A stretch of DNA of 64,000 nt from Bacteroidales bacterium (GTDB taxonomy: Bacteria > Bacteroidota > Bacteroidia > Bacteroidales > TTA-H9): positions 172,522 through 236,521 of the forward strand of contig JAUSOY010000083.1 in assembly GCA_030656615.1 (NCBI GenBank), in the 5' to 3' direction. The notes below the pieces were generated by a model. It had not been told where the DNA came from. It did no database searches and saw only the letters and a program-made list of their open reading frames with translations. Below, in pieces: positions 10,052-18,570 of the stretch; the first letter of the stretch is position 1, and each line of letters opens with the position of its first letter. The position numbers and the translations under genes are program-made.

Positions 10052-11911
10052 ATGAAAACTTTTAAATTAATCAGCTTTATCATCCTTAGCGTGGGATTGG
10101 CAACTTGTACCACAGGGTATATGGGTTCGGTTCCATACGATGATGTGTATTATTCTTCAAATAATACGCCACCTCCCGCCAATCCACAGCCTGCCGTACA
10201 ATCTTCGGGCCGGTATTCTACTGCACCCGATTATCGCTCAAATAATCAAAATAATAATAATGAGCAGGCTTATGATTCACGGGATTACTCTACCAATCAG
10301 GATCGCTACACACAATCCAATGATGAGTTTGTTAGTGAACCCGATCGCCAGGTTAATGTGTATAATTATTATGATGACGACACGTATAACAACGACGATT
10401 ATTACGATTATGCCTATTCTGCCCGCATAAAACGATTTCATACTCCATCAATCGGAATAGGTTATTACGATGATTATTACACTAATTTATACTGGTATAA
10501 CCATAATCCGTATTCATGGGGAACCAGTATATATATGGGATACAATTTCTGGGGCGGTGCAGGTTTCAATCTGGGCTGGTCATGGGGTTGGGGAAGTATA
10601 GGCTATCAATGGGGCTATCCTTATTCCGGTTGGTATTCTAACCCATGGGCTTATAATTATTATGGGTATCCATACGGCGGTGGCTGGGGTGGATATTGGA
10701 ATGGTTACAATCACGGATACTGGAATGGATACTATGGTGGGTACTACGGTGGAAATTATGGTGGAAATTATTACAACAGCTACGACGCTAATTCGCATTA
10801 TTATGGCCCAAGGCATAACCGGGGTTCTTCAAATGGGGCTTTTGCCCGCCCAGCCGGAAGTTTTGGTGATACCTATGAAAGTAAATTGAATTCGCGTCGT
10901 ATTGCAGCAGGAGGTGGAAATACTCCGGGTATTACCACCGGAAGTACCAGACCCAAATTCGCCGGTAATACAATTACGGAAAGGCGTAAACAAGCTTCAG
11001 GAACAACTGCCAACGAACGAATTTCGCCCAATGCAAGACCACCTGGCACATCAGGTAATGCTAATGTTTCGAGAATTGATGCGGCTACAAATACAATAGG
11101 TAATCAAACCGCCAATCCGCGCATTAAACCATCAACCACAAATTTAAACACTACTAATTCGGCCTCAACGGAGGTTGATGGTAAAAATATATCCAACTCA
11201 AGAGTGAGGGTCAATGGCGATATTCAACAGAGTGCATCTGGTAATGCAGCAGTAAGTGATGATCCTCCTACATCTGTAAAACCAGTTCGTAAAACAACGG
11301 ATCCTCGTTTACAGAATATACAATCCAGAGGTTCAAATACAAATGATGGCGGTACGCCACAACGATATAACTATAGCCGCTATAGCCGCAGTGCTCAGGA
11401 CGCAACTCCACGCACCGTAGAAACTCCGGCAGGAAGGGATGCTAAAACCTATACTCCTCCGGTTTATACGCAGCCACGTTCAAGTAATGAGTATTCAAGT
11501 CCACGCTCAAGAGTAGTTACTTATCCGGAGTCAGGACGTGAGAATCAGAATAGTTCACGCGACGTGAATTCTGCACCCGCTCAAAATACGGAAAGACGTT
11601 CGCCGGTTAAATATCAATCACCTCAGGAAAACCAGCGTAGACAGCAACCTGCTACACAGCCACGTAAGTATAATACGCCAACACAGAGTCAGCCTTCGCG
11701 TAGCTATAATCCTCCATCAAATCAGGAGTCGAGAAGCAATTATCAAGCTCCTGCCCGTTCAAATGAATCTTATAGCTCGCCTGCCCGTTCAAATAATAAT
11801 TCGAGCAGCACTCCTTCGCGCTCTTCAAGTAGTTCATATAGTTCCCCTTCAAAAAGTTCAAGCTCCGGAAGCAGCAACTCTGGTAGCAGTAATTCAGGAC
11901 GCAGAAAATAA
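10052..11911 (+). CDS. Low-complexity lipoprotein: Y/G/N/W/D-rich N-terminal half, S/P/R/N/Q/T-rich C-terminal half
   Basis: The ATG at 10052 follows a purine-rich agggaggaaaga. The signal peptide has a Cys (SVGLATC). It contains runs such as GYWNGYNHGYWNGYYGGYYGGNYGGNYY and SPARSNxSYSSPARSN repeats. No recognisable enzymatic motif. Confidence 0.6.
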   Translation: MKTFKLISFIILSVGLATCTTGYMGSVPYDDVYYSSNNTPPPANPQPAVQSSGRYSTAPDYRSNNQNNNNEQAYDSRDYSTNQDRYTQSNDEFVSEPDRQVNVYNYYDDDTYNNDDYYDYAYSARIKRFHTPSIGIGYYDDYYTNLYWYNHNPYSWGTSIYMGYNFWGGAGFNLGWSWGWGSIGYQWGYPYSGWYSNPWAYNYYGYPYGGGWGGYWNGYNHGYWNGYYGGYYGGNYGGNYYNSYDANSHYYGPRHNRGSSNGAFARPAGSFGDTYESKLNSRRIAAGGGNTPGITTGSTRPKFAGNTITERRKQASGTTANERISPNARPPGTSGNANVSRIDAATNTIGNQTANPRIKPSTTNLNTTNSASTEVDGKNISNSRVRVNGDIQQSASGNAAVSDDPPTSVKPVRKTTDPRLQNIQSRGSNTNDGGTPQRYNYSRYSRSAQDATPRTVETPAGRDAKTYTPPVYTQPRSSNEYSSPRSRVVTYPESGRENQNSSRDVNSAPAQNTERRSPVKYQSPQENQRRQQPATQPRKYNTPTQSQPSRSYNPPSNQESRSNYQAPARSNESYSSPARSNNNSSSTPSRSSSSSYSSPSKSSSSGSSNSGSSNSGRRK

Positions 11912-11934
11912 TCACTCTTAATATTCATTCCGAC

Positions 11935-13371
11935 ATGAAAAAAGTCATTTATACGATAGCAGCTTTATTTATTTCGATGGGCATGTATGCTCAAACCGCT
12001 GCCGATGCCCTTCGCTATTCACAAGTAGAATATAGTGGTACTGCCCGCTTTAATGCAATGGGCGGAGCCTTTGGAGCATTGGGTGGCGATTTCTCGTCAC
12101 TCAGTACGAACCCGGCAGGAATCGGACTTTATAAAACTTCCGAATTTACTGTAACCCCAACCATCTATCAAGGCAAATCCAGTTCTTCATACTTTGGCCA
12201 TCAGGCAGAAGATGATAAGTATAATTTTAACCTTAGTAATCTCGGGGTGGTATTAACTGCTGAGATTCCCGATCGCTTAGGAACACCCGGATGGAGAAAT
12301 GTTCAGTTTGGATTTGGAATAAACCGCTTGATGAATTTTAATAACCGCTCGATGATTGAAGGTTATAATGATGTAAACTCAATGCTTACCGGTTATGTAA
12401 ATTATGCGAACGCCTATGGCATTTATTCCGATTCGCCTGAAGAACTCGCAGAAAAAGCCAATTTGATTTTTGAAGACGGTGGCATATTCTATAATGATAT
12501 GCCCGATGGGAAAGTACTTCAACGTAAATCTTTAACTACCAGCGGCTCTATGAATGAATTGGTTTTAAGTGCCGGTGCTAATTACAGCGATATGCTCTAT
12601 TTTGGAGTTACTATGGGCTTCCCGTATTTTAATTATCGCGAGGAGTCCTCATATTCTGAACAGGATATCAATAATGTAAATCCATATTTTCATTCATACA
12701 CTTTGCGCGAACAGCTCGAAACATCCGGTACCGGATTTAACCTGAAAGCAGGTCTCATTTTCCGTCCTACGGATTGGCTAAGGATAGGTGGTGCATATCA
12801 TTCACCTACTTTCTTTACAGATATGAATGATGTTTGGAGTAGTAATATAAATTCTGTATTCGATTCTGTAATTGAAAACAAAAGTGTTTCCTCTCGTATC
12901 GGTGAGTATAATTACGAACTCACCACGCCTATGAAACTAATCGGAAGTGTGGCAATTATTGTTGGTACACAGGGCTTAATCAGTGCCGATTATCAATATG
13001 TGGATTATACTGAAGCAAAACTTCGCCCCGTTGGAGACTATTATGATGTTAACGATGCCATTCAATCCAGCTATAAAGCACAAAATATTTTCAGGGTTGG
13101 AACCGAATGGCGTGTTGGGCCTTTTAGCTTCCGTGGTGGTTACGCATGGTACGAAAGCCCCTTTGCTAACAATTTGAATGACGGAGAACGGAAATCTATG
13201 TCCTTGGGTCTTGGATTCAGAGAACAGAATTATTTTATGGATTTCGCTTTCGTCCAGACCAAATGGACCGAAGATTATTATTTATATAGCCTTATAACAG
13301 AGCCGGGGCCTTCTTCGGTGAATAAATATACAGCAAACAGCATTCAACTTACTTTTGGTTACAAGTTTTAG
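11935..13371 (+). CDS. Outer-membrane beta-barrel, FadL/OMPP1/PorV-like
   Basis: Signal peptide, N-terminal ARFNAMGGAFGALGGDFSSLSTNPAGIG motif, alternating beta-strand pattern, and a terminal aromatic residue (FGYKF). Confidence 0.6.
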   Translation: MKKVIYTIAALFISMGMYAQTAADALRYSQVEYSGTARFNAMGGAFGALGGDFSSLSTNPAGIGLYKTSEFTVTPTIYQGKSSSSYFGHQAEDDKYNFNLSNLGVVLTAEIPDRLGTPGWRNVQFGFGINRLMNFNNRSMIEGYNDVNSMLTGYVNYANAYGIYSDSPEELAEKANLIFEDGGIFYNDMPDGKVLQRKSLTTSGSMNELVLSAGANYSDMLYFGVTMGFPYFNYREESSYSEQDINNVNPYFHSYTLREQLETSGTGFNLKAGLIFRPTDWLRIGGAYHSPTFFTDMNDVWSSNINSVFDSVIENKSVSSRIGEYNYELTTPMKLIGSVAIIVGTQGLISADYQYVDYTEAKLRPVGDYYDVNDAIQSSYKAQNIFRVGTEWRVGPFSFRGGYAWYESPFANNLNDGERKSMSLGLGFREQNYFMDFAFVQTKWTEDYYLYSLITEPGPSSVNKYTANSIQLTFGYKF

Positions 13372-13390
13372 TTCATCTCTGACAGATGCA

Positions 13391-13418
13391 ACCGGCTGCC
13401 ATAGGTAGCCGGTTTTTT
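13391..13418 (+). terminator. Intrinsic terminator
   Basis: Hairpin accggct/agccggt followed by T6, 20 nt after the stop at 13371. Confidence 0.7.
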
Positions 13419-13509
13419 AATGTGTTGTATTATAGTGTATTGATGTCATGTCTTTATGTTTCGACACAAATAATCAAAGATTTATGGGCGAAGTTTTATT
13501 AAGCTTTGA

Positions 13510-13517
13510 TATGTTTG
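13510..13517 (+). promoter_or_regulatory. Bacteroidota -7 box (TAnnTTTG)
   Basis: TATGTTTG located 19 nt upstream of the ATG at 13536. Confidence 0.45.
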
Positions 13518-13535
13518 CAAAAAATAATAGAGTTC

Positions 13536-15797
13536 ATGGAGAATTTTTATTTGTTTCTCGTCATCGTTTTATTCGGACTTGCGATATCCGATTTGATTGT
13601 AGGAGTAAGTAACGATGCAGTTAATTTTTTAAATTCAGCCGTTGGTTCTAAAGCAGCACCCTATAAGATAATTATGATGATTGCTGCTTTGGGAGTTTTG
13701 GTTGGTGCTACATTTTCGAGTGGGATGATGGAAGTAGCCCGAAAGGGGATTTTTCATCCAAGTCAGTTTTACTTTTCAGAGATTCTGATAATATTTCTGG
13801 CCGTTATGGTAACGGATGTTATATTGCTCGACTTATTCAACACCTTTGGCATGCCGACCTCAACAACCGTTTCAATTATTTTTGAATTGTTGGGTGCTTC
13901 TGTGGCTATTTCGATAATAAAAATTACAGCAATGGGTGATCCTATGGGTACCCTGGGGAATTATATTAATACTGGAAAGGCTCTTGCGATAATATCAGGT
14001 ATTTTAATATCCGTGGTGGTGGCATTTTCTGTGGGGGCTATTATTCAGTATTTTACCCGTATGCTTTTTACCTTCCGTTATAAGGAAAAAATGGGTTTAT
14101 ATGGTGCACTTTGGGGAGGAATGGCTATCACTGCTATTACCTATTTTCTCCTGATTAAAGGTGCTAAAGGATCCTCTTTTATTTCAACTGAAAATTATGA
14201 ATGGATAAAGGGTCATACCTGGTTAATTATCGGCATGGCAATGCTTACATGGACCTTGCTTTTGCAAATTTTGATATGGGTTTTTAAAATTAATGTTCTT
14301 AAAATCACTGTTCTTGTAGGCACTTTTGCATTGGCCATGGCATTTGCAGGAAATGATTTGGTTAATTTTATTGGTGTTCCACTGGCCGGATTGAAAGCCT
14401 TCCAAACTTTTATTTCGAATCCTGGTGCCGACCCTACAACTTTTGGTATGGAAGCCCTGGGTGGTGAAGTTCAAACAAATACATGGATTTTGCTTGTAGC
14501 CGGATTTGTAATGGTAGCAACTTTATGGTTTTCGAAAAAAGCTCGCTCAGTATTACGCACAACGGTTGATCTTAGTCGTCAGGACGAGGGTTCGGAACGT
14601 TTTGGCAGTAGTGCTATTTCTCGAATGATTGTTAGAGGAACCCGAAATATGTCGGGTAGCTTCTCGAATTTACTTCCAATGAAATTTCGCAATTCCATTG
14701 AGAATCGTTTTCAACCGTATACGTATCCGGAAAAAAACGATGGACAAGGAAAGGCGTCGTTTGATATGTTAAGGGCCTCTGTAAATCTTGTGGTTTCAAG
14801 TATCCTGATTGCAATGGGAACCTCGCTTAAACTCCCACTTTCAACCACTTACGTAACCTTTATGGTGGCTATGGGAACTTCCTTGTCTGACAGAGCATGG
14901 GGAAGAGAAAGTGCTGTTTACCGGGTGACAGGAGTTTTATCAGTTATTGGTGGATGGTTTTTCACAGCTTTGGCAGCATTTACAGTTGCCCTCTGTATCG
15001 CATTCGTGATGCATTATGGTGGTACAGCCGGAATAATTGCTGCTATTGTAATTACTATTCTTTTAGTTCTTCGTACACATCACATTCATCTTCGCAAAGA
15101 AGCGCTGAAAGAAACTGAAAAAAATCTGGAACAAGAAGCAGCATCTTCAGGAATTGTTAAAGAATGCACGGCGAATGTCATAAGCACACTTCATAAAACT
15201 TCTCTTATTTTTGACAAAACAATGTTAGGAATCATCGACGAAAACCTTGCTGTTTTAAAGGAAGCTCGGAAAGAAGTTAAAAAGTTGAATGAAATAACGA
15301 AAAAATACAAATACAATATTCAGTCCACCATTGTTCGATTACAGGGTGATATGATTGATGGCGGATTCTTTTATGTTCAGGTACTCGATTATCTGCGTGA
15401 AATTGCCCACTGTATTACGTACATCAATAATCCGGCTTATGATCATATGAATAATGATCATAAACCCATGCTTCAGGTTCAGAAAGAAGAATTGATGAAG
15501 TTGAAATCGGATATGCAACGATTTTTTGAAGATGTATTATTCGCAATCGAGAATAATCGCTTTGATCATTTGGATCAGATTCTCCTCCGCCAGACTGGGG
15601 TTATTGATGTTTTACGAAAAACACGTAAGGCACAAATTAAACGAATAAAGTCGGGTGAGGCAGGTACACGAAATTCTGTACTATATCTGAATATTCTCAC
15701 TGAATCAAAGAATTTGCTGTTGAATACGATAAACTTGTATAAATCGCAGCGCGATTTTATTCTTGAGAAGCAGGCACCGGATAGTATTGATTTATAA
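13536..15797 (+). CDS. Inorganic phosphate transporter, PiT (PHO4) family with a long C-terminal cytoplasmic helical (PhoU-like) extension
   Basis: GVSNDAVNFLNSAVGS and GNDLVNFIGVPLAG are the duplicated PiT signature (GANDVAN-like). It has multiple TM segments and a C-terminal ~230-aa soluble helical region. Confidence 0.8.
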   Translation: MENFYLFLVIVLFGLAISDLIVGVSNDAVNFLNSAVGSKAAPYKIIMMIAALGVLVGATFSSGMMEVARKGIFHPSQFYFSEILIIFLAVMVTDVILLDLFNTFGMPTSTTVSIIFELLGASVAISIIKITAMGDPMGTLGNYINTGKALAIISGILISVVVAFSVGAIIQYFTRMLFTFRYKEKMGLYGALWGGMAITAITYFLLIKGAKGSSFISTENYEWIKGHTWLIIGMAMLTWTLLLQILIWVFKINVLKITVLVGTFALAMAFAGNDLVNFIGVPLAGLKAFQTFISNPGADPTTFGMEALGGEVQTNTWILLVAGFVMVATLWFSKKARSVLRTTVDLSRQDEGSERFGSSAISRMIVRGTRNMSGSFSNLLPMKFRNSIENRFQPYTYPEKNDGQGKASFDMLRASVNLVVSSILIAMGTSLKLPLSTTYVTFMVAMGTSLSDRAWGRESAVYRVTGVLSVIGGWFFTALAAFTVALCIAFVMHYGGTAGIIAAIVITILLVLRTHHIHLRKEALKETEKNLEQEAASSGIVKECTANVISTLHKTSLIFDKTMLGIIDENLAVLKEARKEVKKLNEITKKYKYNIQSTIVRLQGDMIDGGFFYVQVLDYLREIAHCITYINNPAYDHMNNDHKPMLQVQKEELMKLKSDMQRFFEDVLFAIENNRFDHLDQILLRQTGVIDVLRKTRKAQIKRIKSGEAGTRNSVLYLNILTESKNLLLNTINLYKSQRDFILEKQAPDSIDL

Positions 15798-15799
15798 AT

Positions 15800-15827
15800 A
15801 AAAAAGGGGCAAAAAGCCCCTTTTTTA
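15800..15827. terminator. Bidirectional intrinsic terminator between convergent genes
   Basis: aaaaaaggggc-aaaaa-gcccctttttt is flanked by A-run and T-run. It lies between the PiT stop (15797) and overlaps the ridA stop (15825). Confidence 0.7.
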
Positions 15828-16202
15828 TTTAACAGCGATGCATTCAATTTCGATAAGCACTCCTAAAGGAAGCTTAACGACTCCATAGGCAGCCCGTGCT
15901 GGAGGATCTTGCTGAAAATAACTTCCATATACCTCGTTCATGGCGGCAAAGTTGTCCATATCAGAAAGTAAACACGTACATTTTACGACATTTTCGTATG
16001 CGTATCCCGCTTCTTTTAGAATCGCACCGATGTTTTCGAGTACCTGATGGGTCTGTTCCTTAATTCCTCCCTCTTTAATACTTGATGTCGCTGGATTTAT
16101 AGGAATTTGACCTGAAATGTACAAGGTGTTACCAGCCTGAATGGCTTGACTATACGGACCAATTGCTTTGGGTGCATTGGAAGTCTGAATGATTTTTTTC
16201 AT
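15825..16202 (-). CDS. ridA: RidA/YjgF family reactive-intermediate deaminase
   Basis: 125 aa. The segments [11 protein letters not shown]...LYISGQIP...[23 protein letters not shown] are canonical for RidA. Confidence 0.85.
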   Translation of the reverse strand: MKKIIQTSNAPKAIGPYSQAIQAGNTLYISGQIPINPATSSIKEGGIKEQTHQVLENIGAILKEAGYAYENVVKCTCLLSDMDNFAAMNEVYGSYFQQDPPARAAYGVVKLPLGVLIEIECIAVK

Positions 16203-16208
16203 AATTTT

Positions 16209-16823
16209 TTATTTAAAAATGATTGGAATGTTAATATTTTTGATTGGATTAAAATCTGTGGGATCAAAATCTCTCATGGCATTAATTAAGGTGAAGGATT
16301 CAAGATGAGCAAGGTCACCCGGTTTAATATCGATTGGAATGATTTTGTTTTCAGAAAGAAGACGTGCTCTGCATGTTCCATGGAGTATTGGGATAGCTGG
16401 GGTATAATATCTTTTCCCATCAAAGATAATGAGATTGGCCATGCTGCTATCGGTAATCAGTCCGTTTTTAACAATCAGAATGTCGTCGGCTTTTTCTTTC
16501 AAATCGAATAGAGCATTGATTTCTGTTCGGTCTTCAAACTTAAAACGATATTCAAGACGATTGGCATTAACGATTTGTAAACTGCGGATTGGTTTTTTTT
16601 GGTAAGGAAATAATTCAGACTTTATAATCCTATCAGAATAAGTAATACGGCATCGGTATATCATTCCATCAAAGGGGATTAAATCGCTAAAAACAGCATC
16701 AACATCAAATGAAAAGCTTCTTCCATAAAGTTTTGAGGCAGATTCATTCATCCGATCATTATGAAAGGAAGAATGCATTAAGCGGCCTTTTTCGGCCCGA
16801 ATCGTTTCAATCAGTGGCAACAT
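16209..16823 (-). CDS. pabC: Aminodeoxychorismate lyase-like (aminotransferase class IV fold, short form)
   Basis: 204 aa. It overlaps pabB by 17 nt. It has class-IV-like segments (DILIVKNGLITDSSMANLIIFDG, YTPAIPILHGTCR). Confidence 0.65.
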   Translation of the reverse strand: MLPLIETIRAEKGRLMHSSFHNDRMNESASKLYGRSFSFDVDAVFSDLIPFDGMIYRCRITYSDRIIKSELFPYQKKPIRSLQIVNANRLEYRFKFEDRTEINALFDLKEKADDILIVKNGLITDSSMANLIIFDGKRYYTPAIPILHGTCRARLLSENKIIPIDIKPGDLAHLESFTLINAMRDFDPTDFNPIKNINIPIIFK

Positions 16824-17796
16824 ATACTTTGCGAATCATTTCGTTATATTCGGTTTTAGCATCTGAATGTATCGTGATACCGCCACCACTTTTAAAATAA
16901 AGCGACTCAGTCCTTTGCTCAATAAACCGAATCATTACACTGCTAATCAGACTATCACCATTATAAATCCCGGTAATCCCGGTATAATAATTCCGTTGGT
17001 GCGTTTCGGCCTCCAGAATGATTTCTATCGTTTTTTTCTTTGGTGCACCACTCACAGAACCTGCCGGGAGCAATGAAAAGAGTATATCGCCAGGGCTTTT
17101 GTACCATTCGGGTGATAATTCTCCTGCAATTTCTGAACTCACCTGTAGTAGTTCTCCATGATTTGTTTTTAACCGATCGATGTATCTGAATCTTTCTACA
17201 TGAACCCGCTTACTTACCATGTTTAGATCGTTTCGAATCAGATCGACAATGGTGTGATGTTCAGCCAATTCTTTGTGATTATTCATGATTTGTTCTTCGG
17301 CATCCGGTTCATTAGCATCAATGGTTCCTTTCATCGGAAAAGAGCGTATGCTGTTGTTATTGATAAGTACAAATGGTTCAGGCGAAAAAAGTGTGAATTG
17401 ATTATCGACCAATAATTTGAATGCCGCTTTCGATTGTAGGTAAATTTCTTTTAGCGATTTATTAGTTTGAATGGGCGTTTCGGCAGTCAAATTTACCAGA
17501 TACGAATTACCGAACGCTATATGCTCCATTACTTTATTAAACGATGTCAAATAGTTTTCAAATGAAATCGGATCCCGTTTAAATTGAACATCACAACCCG
17601 CGATTGCGCTTTCATCATGATTTGTTAAATTGTTAAATCGATAAAGAATCAGTGAAGGATCGATTTTATCCAATGGAATTACAATGGGTTTTTCCATAAG
17701 AAAGTCGATAATGAACAAGAAGGGTTTTTGTTTTAATCCCAAACGGTTCATTTCTTTTTTGGCCGATTCGGCTGTATGTGTATATTCTGACAACAT
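16807..17796 (-). CDS. pabB: Aminodeoxychorismate synthase component I (chorismate-binding, short form)
   Basis: Chorismate-binding motifs are present: FPMKGT, EHHTIVDLIRNDL, PAGSVSGAPK, YTGITGI. Confidence 0.8.
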   Translation of the reverse strand: MLSEYTHTAESAKKEMNRLGLKQKPFLFIIDFLMEKPIVIPLDKIDPSLILYRFNNLTNHDESAIAGCDVQFKRDPISFENYLTSFNKVMEHIAFGNSYLVNLTAETPIQTNKSLKEIYLQSKAAFKLLVDNQFTLFSPEPFVLINNNSIRSFPMKGTIDANEPDAEEQIMNNHKELAEHHTIVDLIRNDLNMVSKRVHVERFRYIDRLKTNHGELLQVSSEIAGELSPEWYKSPGDILFSLLPAGSVSGAPKKKTIEIILEAETHQRNYYTGITGIYNGDSLISSVMIRFIEQRTESLYFKSGGGITIHSDAKTEYNEMIRKVYVATD

Positions 17797-17967
17797 GCTG
17801 CGAAATTACTAAATATGCCATTCATGACTTTCTTAAATCTGTGAGACTATAATTTTAAAAGCCGAAGACTCATTAAAACTATTTAATCAAACGGATTATT
17901 AGTATTGGGTGATTAGTTATTAATATTCGCTTATTTAGTGTGTCTTTTACGAATCTAGCCGAAAGCA

Positions 17968-17975
17968 TATCTTTG
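17968..17975 (+). promoter_or_regulatory. Bacteroidota -7 box (TAnnTTTG) immediately before pabA
   Basis: TATCTTTG ends only 5 nt before the pabA ATG at 17980, which implies a leaderless or near-leaderless mRNA. Confidence 0.45.
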
Positions 17976-17979
17976 CAAA

Positions 17980-18570
17980 ATGAACGCGCCCCGTATTCTT
18001 ATCCTGGATAATTACGATTCATTTACATACAATCTAGTTCAGATCGTTGAGGAATGGGGCAGTGTGCCATTCGATATTTGTAAAAATGACCAAATAGGGT
18101 TGGAAGAGGTGGCTAATTATTCTAAAATTTTATTGTCTCCCGGACCAGGATTGCCAAAATCTTCAGGAATTTTATTAGAACTGATTCGGCAATATGCTGA
18201 TAAAAAGGATATATTGGGAGTTTGTCTTGGGCATCAGGCTATTGCTGAAGTATTTGGAGCAACACTCATACCTTCACCTCGGATATATCATGGCGAACAA
18301 GTGGAGGTTACTGTTATCGATAAAGGCGAATCAATATTTTCTTCTTTACCTCCCCGATTTCTTGCCGGACGATATCACTCATGGGAAGTTTATTTGGAAA
18401 GTTTACTCGGTAATTTGATCCCAACAGCTATTGCCGACGATGGCTCCCTGATGGCATTTCGACACGAAAAATATCAAATCACTGGTGTGCAGTTTCATCC
18501 GGAATCGGTAATGACGCCATTTGGCCAACGGATTATCCAAAATTGGCTCGATAGGCCCTTTAGTCTTTAA
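17980..18570 (+). CDS. pabA: Aminodeoxychorismate/anthranilate synthase component II (class I glutamine amidotransferase)
   Basis: ILILDNYDSFTYNLVQ, GVCLGHQAI (catalytic Cys) and VQFHPES are the GATase triad motifs. Confidence 0.85.
   Translation: MNAPRILILDNYDSFTYNLVQIVEEWGSVPFDICKNDQIGLEEVANYSKILLSPGPGLPKSSGILLELIRQYADKKDILGVCLGHQAIAEVFGATLIPSPRIYHGEQVEVTVIDKGESIFSSLPPRFLAGRYHSWEVYLESLLGNLIPTAIADDGSLMAFRHEKYQITGVQFHPESVMTPFGQRIIQNWLDRPFSL

Noticed and set aside
10140-10889. Alternative-frame ORFs (10140..10430 +, 10580..10816 -, 10662..10889 +) inside the low-complexity lipoprotein gene
   Set aside because: They are artefacts of repetitive codon composition. They have no start context or signal sequence, and the long frame with a signal peptide is preferred.
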